64,000 bases of DNA, taken from contig OZ250150.1 of the NCBI GenBank assembly GCA_965237675.1, forward strand, positions 2,112,001 through 2,176,000, written 5' to 3'. Under the pieces are notes generated by a model. The model was not told the DNA's origin. It did no database searches and saw nothing but the letters and a program-made list of their open reading frames with translations. This document shows positions 58,568 to 64,000 of this stretch, in pieces. The position numbers and the translations under genes are program-made. Each line of letters starts with the position of its first letter. Positions within the stretch are counted from its first letter, which is position 1. Source of the DNA: Candidatus Latescibacterota bacterium (lineage in GTDB: Bacteria; Latescibacterota; UBA2968; GCA-2709665).

Positions 58568-59755
58568 ATGGATTTGCACGAGAAGTACCGGTTGACTCGT
58601 GTTATCAACGCCTGTGGCAAAATGACGCACCTGGCGGGGGCGATCGTGTTGCCCGAAGTGGTTGAAGAGGTGACGCACGCTATGGGGCGCTTCTACGACC
58701 TGGATGAACTCCAGGAGCGCGCGGGTGAGGTGATCGCGCGCGCCACGGGCGCTCAGTGGGGGTGCGTGACCGCATGCACGGCTGCCGGCATATCGCTGGG
58801 GGTGGCGGCGACGATGACCGGAAACGACCTCGGCCGGGTCTGGCAACTTCCGGACACAACCGGGATGGCCAACGAGGTTGTGATTCAGAAGGGCCACGCG
58901 GTGAACTTTGGCGCACCGGTGACGCAGATGATCCGGCTGGCCGGCGCCGTCGCCGTGGAGATCGGGACGGTGCACCGTTCGACCGAGGAGCACCTGAGGC
59001 ACGCCATCGGAGACCGTACGGCGGCGGTGGTATTCGTGGTCTCGCACCATACCGTCCGGTACGGCGCCCTGCCCCTGACGCGGGTGGTCGAGATCGCGCA
59101 CGAGTACGGCGTCCCCGTGATCGTCGACGGGGCGGCGCAATCGTTTCTGATCAGAAAGATCGTGGACACTGGGGCGGGCCTGGTAATCTGCAGCGGCCAC
59201 AAGTATCTCTCCGGCACCACGGCCGGCGTGGTCTGCGGACGGGAGGATCTGGTGCGGGCGCTGAACCTTCAGAACCGGGGGATCGGGAGGCCGATGAAGG
59301 TGGGCAAGGAGGGAATCGTGGGTGCGATGGCGGCGCTGGAGTACCGGATGCGATTGGATGTGGGGGGCTGGGAGGCGGAGCAGAACCGGAAGATGAACCG
59401 GGTCATGGCGCGCCTCGACGGCATCGACGGTATCGGTCTCAGCGTGGACGCCGACCCCAACGGCAATCCATTCAGCCGCGCGCGTGTCACGGTGGACGCG
59501 GAGAAAACCGGATTGAGCGCTGCCGTGATCAGCCTCGCGATGATCGAGGGTGATCCGTCCATCCGGCTTCGCGCGCACCATACGGATGAGGGATATTTCA
59601 CCGTGGACGCGATGGAGATGACGGATGAAGAGGTGGAATTGACGTGCGATCGGCTGGTGGGGCTGCTCTTGGCGGGGCCTGCCGAAAAAGCGCAGCTGAT
59701 GGAAAGATTCGGCGACGAGGCCACGGTGGCCGCGGAATGGTCCTGGCTGCGCTGA
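58568..59755 (+). CDS. SelA-related PLP enzyme (DgaE-like ammonia-lyase)
   Basis: RVINACGKMTHL, QKGHAVNFGAP, IVDGA, SGHK, GIGRPMKVGKE. Confidence 0.8.
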   Translation: MDLHEKYRLTRVINACGKMTHLAGAIVLPEVVEEVTHAMGRFYDLDELQERAGEVIARATGAQWGCVTACTAAGISLGVAATMTGNDLGRVWQLPDTTGMANEVVIQKGHAVNFGAPVTQMIRLAGAVAVEIGTVHRSTEEHLRHAIGDRTAAVVFVVSHHTVRYGALPLTRVVEIAHEYGVPVIVDGAAQSFLIRKIVDTGAGLVICSGHKYLSGTTAGVVCGREDLVRALNLQNRGIGRPMKVGKEGIVGAMAALEYRMRLDVGGWEAEQNRKMNRVMARLDGIDGIGLSVDADPNGNPFSRARVTVDAEKTGLSAAVISLAMIEGDPSIRLRAHHTDEGYFTVDAMEMTDEEVELTCDRLVGLLLAGPAEKAQLMERFGDEATVAAEWSWLR

Positions 59756-59757
59756 CT

Positions 59758-61008
59758 TCAAGAACTCGCATTGAGGGGGCCGCCGCCGAACATCAGGGCG
59801 ATGTCAGTGCGGATGTCCCGTTCGGTCAGCGGCCAGCCGGCGTGCTTCAACGCTTCGTACTTCCGGACGAAGACCGGTGCAATGGCTTTGATGGAGTGGG
59901 TCCATTTGTAGAGTAGCTGGTCCAGGACCCGGGCGTCGGAGTGTTGAGGCACGAAGCCGGCTCCGAGCAGTTCAAGGCGTTCGGCCGTGATCTCCTGGAT
60001 AATGCTGGGGTTGTTCAAAAACCACCAGCAGCCGAAGGGGAGAATATTGGGGAACTTTCGGGCGGCCACGCAGAGTTCGTGCTGGTTTTCGCGAGAAAGC
60101 AGCGTCACGAGGAAATTGACCTCGGGCCATTCCCGCGCGATGTTTTCCAGGACGGCGACATCCCATTTTCCCATGCCGTCGCCGCCGTCCTGCAATAGCG
60201 GGTTGACCTGGCGCCTGACGCCAACCATCATGGCCGCGGGGATTCCGCGCTCCCTGGCGGTGGGAAAGACCGCGGCATGCAGCAGCCTGGCTACGGGAGA
60301 CTCGGAGGGATAGACGAAATCCGGCGGGAGGGAGATGGCCATGTAACGGGCGTCCATGCGCGTGCACCCTTCGTTGAGGTAGCGGCGCAGTTCCGCGATT
60401 GTTCGCTCGGACAGACCGGATTCGACCCCGTATCCCAGCGCCTTCAACTTTTCGACTGGCGCGGGCCAGCCCGTCAGCGCGCTGTCCAGGCGGAGCGCGG
60501 CTTCAAAACGGGGGTCCCTGTCGAATCCGGCTTGCCAGATGGGGCCCTCCTGATCGTCGAGGGGATCGTTGGTCATAAAGACACGCGCCACACCGGATTT
60601 CCGGAAGATAAGATCGACGTAGTCTTCGGGGTCTGTCCGGGAGAAGAAGGCCCGGAATTCGGACAGGCTGTCCGCCCTGGGGTTCAGACCCAGCGCCGAC
60701 ATAACGGTAACCACACCGAGCTGGGCTTCGGATAGCGGGCTGCTGTCGCCGGCGAAGAGGCTCTGCCAGACGACGTCGGCCTGCCGCTGTTTGGTGAAGG
60801 CGTTGAATTGTGCGACGGTGATTCCAGGCGGAAGCTGACGGCTGGTCTCTGCTTTCAGGTAGTGGTAGGTGACCAGTTCGTCCGGGCCCATGAGACACAG
60901 CGGGCCCATTTGTGTTGGATAGAGGTGGGTATGGATGTCTACAATCGGCTGGTTTTCGAAGGCGAGGGCGACAGCGTCGTTGATGGAGAAGCCGGCAGGG
61001 GATGACAT
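59758..61008 (-). CDS. Uronate isomerase (divergent Bacillus halodurans Bh0493-type)
   Basis: DIHTHLY, ELVTYHYL, MTNDP, LLSRENQHEL, GCWWFLNNPS, PQHSDARVLDQL.YKW.H. Confidence 0.85.
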   Translation of the reverse strand: MSSPAGFSINDAVALAFENQPIVDIHTHLYPTQMGPLCLMGPDELVTYHYLKAETSRQLPPGITVAQFNAFTKQRQADVVWQSLFAGDSSPLSEAQLGVVTVMSALGLNPRADSLSEFRAFFSRTDPEDYVDLIFRKSGVARVFMTNDPLDDQEGPIWQAGFDRDPRFEAALRLDSALTGWPAPVEKLKALGYGVESGLSERTIAELRRYLNEGCTRMDARYMAISLPPDFVYPSESPVARLLHAAVFPTARERGIPAAMMVGVRRQVNPLLQDGGDGMGKWDVAVLENIAREWPEVNFLVTLLSRENQHELCVAARKFPNILPFGCWWFLNNPSIIQEITAERLELLGAGFVPQHSDARVLDQLLYKWTHSIKAIAPVFVRKYEALKHAGWPLTERDIRTDIALMFGGGPLNASS

Positions 61009-61103
61009 GAGATTTACGCTTTCGGCCGGGCCGCACCCCGGTTGAACGGAGAACGCCGGCAATCGTGAGGAGCCGGTATTCATAGACCTTGCAGTACAAA
61101 CAC

Positions 61104-62072
61104 TCAGGCCGTCTGGATGAGGTATCCCTTTTCTTTGTCCACAACGTTCAGAAGGGGTTCTTCAGAAAGATAGCGTCGCAGGTTTTCCTTGAAGATTCGA
61201 AGGACATTTTCGCGGCCTTCGGGAGAGTACCCGCCGGAGTGGGGAGCGAACACAACGTTGGTCATGTCCCAGAGCGGGCTGTCATCAGGGAGGGGTTCTT
61301 CTTCGAAAACGTCCAGGCCGGCACCCGCAATGCGTTTTTCCCGGAGGGCCCGGATCAGGTCGGCTTCGTTGACGATGGGCCCGCGCGCGATATTGACCAG
61401 AAACGCCGTTTCTTTCATCCGGCTGAAGCACGCCGCGTCGATAAGCCCCAGGGTGCTTTCGTTCATTGGCAGGGCCACCACCACGTAATCGGCGTCGGAG
61501 ACGGCCTCCAGGAGACCGTCCGGGTCGAACAGCCGGTCCACATCCGGAGGTGGGGTTTTGACCTGGGCGTCGACCCCCGTTACCGTGAGGCCGAGGGCAT
61601 GGAGCCGCGTCGCGAGACTGCGCCCGATGGAGCCCAGACCGAGTACGCAGGCCGTCTTTCCGTCGATCTGCGAGACCGCCTCTCTGTGCTGGTCCCAGAT
61701 GCGGTCCCTCCGATCGCGTTCGAAGCCCATGAGGCCGCGCGCGTGGGCGAGCATGAACGCGAGCGCGGATTCGGCCATGGCGGCGTCGAAGGCGCCGGCA
61801 GTGTTGGTGATGATCACGTCGCTCGCGATCATTTCGGGATAGAGCATGGTCTCAAAGCCGACGCCGATACTCTGGACCCATCGAAGTCTCCTGGCTTCGA
61901 GAAAGGGGGCTCGCGGCAGGCGGCCGAAAACCACTTCGGCATCCGCAATTTCCTGCAGAAGGTCACCGTCTGAATGCGCGGCGACCGCCACAACGCGGGG
62001 AGACACCGATTCGAGCTGTTCCCGCCATTCGGTCCAGGGGCCGGCCATGATGACAACTTTTTCCGTGTCCAT
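61104..62072 (-). CDS. D-2-hydroxyacid dehydrogenase
   Basis: GLGSIG, NIARG, DVFEEEPL, PHSGG. Confidence 0.9.
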   Translation of the reverse strand: MDTEKVVIMAGPWTEWREQLESVSPRVVAVAAHSDGDLLQEIADAEVVFGRLPRAPFLEARRLRWVQSIGVGFETMLYPEMIASDVIITNTAGAFDAAMAESALAFMLAHARGLMGFERDRRDRIWDQHREAVSQIDGKTACVLGLGSIGRSLATRLHALGLTVTGVDAQVKTPPPDVDRLFDPDGLLEAVSDADYVVVALPMNESTLGLIDAACFSRMKETAFLVNIARGPIVNEADLIRALREKRIAGAGLDVFEEEPLPDDSPLWDMTNVVFAPHSGGYSPEGRENVLRIFKENLRRYLSEEPLLNVVDKEKGYLIQTA

Positions 62073-62194
62073 CGCAGTCCTCTATGAAGTGCAGATTAAA
62101 AAATGCCGAAACGTCGCCGGCCCGCTCAGGCGCGCGGATTGTATCGCGGACCGGCCGCGCCGGAAAGCCTGTTCCGCAACACCTGATGAGTTGT

Positions 62195-62223
62195 AGTATA
62201 TTTCTTTCGGCGGCGCAAGTCAA
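62195..62223 (-). promoter_or_regulatory. Near-consensus sigma70 promoter
   Basis: Minus strand TTGACT-17 bp-TATACT. Confidence 0.6.
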
Positions 62224-62791
62224 GAATCCAAAAGCGGCAGAGCGTCTGGGCCAGGAGCTTCAGGAACAAAGCCGGAATTCCGTTTCCGAGCCGTTACCGT
62301 GCGTGGGACATGGGGGCGATTCGCGCCGATCGGAGTCTAAACCGCGGCCATGAATTAAACAAAAACAGAATATTTTTTACTGGTTTGTTGCGAATTGCCG
62401 CGATTTTACTATATTATTGGAAAGACTGTTGCAATTCATATCACCCGGCGCATTTTCTCCCGCGGACCTCATCCCCGATTTTCGCCGGTGAACCTCCCCC
62501 GGATTCCCGTTCCTTCCCAAAGAAACGCTGTGACACCTGCTCACAATAGAATAGGAGAACTTGCCTATAGTGACGAGGGAGGAGTTGTCTGTACACCTTT
62601 CAGTCGCAATGATGATTCGGATTGAGGAGTCTCCGAGTCCGAGTCTTTTTCCACAACGCCAAAATGATCCCCGCCGGGTCTTTGTGAACTGATTCGTGGC
62701 GATTTCATTCAATGTTGTCGGCCGTGGGTCAGGGTTGAAACGATTGGATCACAGACCCGAATCCCGAAACCTGCAGCAAAGGAATTTTGCA

Positions 62792-64000
62792 ATGACGTTC
62801 GATTCAGAAGTTTGTACTGCGAAGAACATTTGCAGATCCGTTGCGCGTGGAATGACCGCGCTGTTTTTCGTGTCCGGACTTTGCGTATCACAGGAAGTCC
62901 GCGCTTCGGAACATGCGGATACGACGTCTGCCGCGGCCGATTCCATGGAGATCATTCTCGATGAAATTGTAGAACTCGAGGAGCTTGTCGTGATCGGTTC
63001 ACGGCGGGCGCGCTCGGTGACGAAATCGGTCGTGCCCATCGACGTGGTCAGCGCCGAGGATTTCATCAAGCAGGGCGGCACGGATCTGGCCGATCTGATG
63101 CGAAACATCATCCCGTCATACAACGTCAACACCCAGCCGATCAGCGACGCTGGAACGGTTGTCCGGCCGCCCAACCTGCGGGGACTGGCGCCCGACCACG
63201 CACTGGTGCTCGTCAACGGCAAGCGCCGCCACCGGGCCGCCGTGATTCACTGGCTGGGCAACGGTGTTGCCGATGGCGCGCAGGGGCCCGACATGTCTGC
63301 CATCCCCGCAATCGCCCTGAAACGGGTGGAGGTCCTCCGCGACGGCGCCTCGGCGCAGTACGGATCGGACGCCATTGCGGGCGTGTTGGACTTCCGCCTG
63401 AAAACCAATTACGAAGGAATCGCCGCCAATGTCAAAGTGGGCAGTTTCCAGGACGGGAAGGGCAAGTTTCTCGGCGACGGCGAGATGTTCACGGCCGCAT
63501 TCAATGTTGGCCTGGGCAATGAGAACACCTGGGCAAACCTCAGCCTGGAATACGGCAACACCGGTGAAACCATCCGCTCTGTTCAGCGCAACGACGCCGC
63601 GGCGCTGATTTCGGCGGGAAATATCGAGGTGGCGAATCCCGCCCAGGTCTGGGGGCAGCCCTTCGTTCGCGACGACCTGAAATTCTTCGCCAACTACGGC
63701 GCCAACCTGGGTGAGAGCGTCGACTTCTACGGTCACGCGAACTATGCCAATAAAGAAACGGAAGGCGGGTTCTATTTCCGGAATCCCCATACGCGCAGCG
63801 GCGTCTTCAAGGGGCCGTTGATCGATCTGGATGGCGATGGCGAACCGGAGACGGCATCTGTCCTGGTTGGCGATCTGGACGGCGTGGGTCAGGGCAGCGA
63901 GTGTCCGACTGTACCCATCATCAACCACGTTCCGGATCAGAATGCGTGGCTGCAGGTCCGGGATAACCCCAATTGCTTCGCCTTCCTGAAGATGTTCCCG
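62792..64000 (+). CDS. TonB-dependent receptor (5' part; runs off window)
   Basis: Manual translation: EELVVIGSR TonB box, VPIDVV, LRGLAPDHALVLVNGKRRH, RVEVLRDGASAQYGSDAIAGV plug. Confidence 0.92.
   Translation, partial: MTFDSEVCTAKNICRSVARGMTALFFVSGLCVSQEVRASEHADTTSAAADSMEIILDEIVELEELVVIGSRRARSVTKSVVPIDVVSAEDFIKQGGTDLADLMRNIIPSYNVNTQPISDAGTVVRPPNLRGLAPDHALVLVNGKRRHRAAVIHWLGNGVADGAQGPDMSAIPAIALKRVEVLRDGASAQYGSDAIAGVLDFRLKTNYEGIAANVKVGSFQDGKGKFLGDGEMFTAAFNVGLGNENTWANLSLEYGNTGETIRSVQRNDAAALISAGNIEVANPAQVWGQPFVRDDLKFFANYGANLGESVDFYGHANYANKETEGGFYFRNPHTRSGVFKGPLIDLDGDGEPETASVLVGDLDGVGQGSECPTVPIINHVPDQNAWLQVRDNPNCFAFLKMFP

Noticed and set aside
58568-59755. selA (selenocysteine synthase)
   Set aside because: Too short, lacks the SelA N-terminal domain, no selB/selC/selD nearby; motifs fit the DgaE-like group.

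Overview
GC-rich bacterial chromosomal window. The gene repertoire resembles Latescibacterota/Gemmatimonadota/Poribacteria-type (often sponge-associated) genomes; this is an inference from the WD40 protein with an EF-hand/dockerin-like tail, the PQQ propellers and the many Gfo/Idh/MocA genes. The window holds two sugar/amino-sugar catabolic clusters (11.8-21.1 kb, 54.9-62.1 kb), a GH106-like glycosidase, and a decaying accessory island of small co-oriented genes and fragments (25.9-34.0 kb) with two DUF433/PIN toxin-antitoxin pairs. Housekeeping genes include trmJ, bioF, rmlB/rmlC, uvrA, tRNA-Arg(TCG) and hemL. Partial genes lie at both edges (HEAT protein, TonB-dependent receptor). Four observations stand out: (1) one ORF fuses apolipoprotein N-acyltransferase (Lnt) to the Tat translocase core subunit TatC; (2) three ~160-170 bp MITE-like elements have different terminal inverted repeats but share a structured internal core; (3) a small protein with two McsA-like zinc modules sits behind a perfect operator-like palindrome; (4) one ORF resembles an Arr-like ADP-ribosyltransferase. 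All product calls come from motif recognition by eye; no database searches were run.
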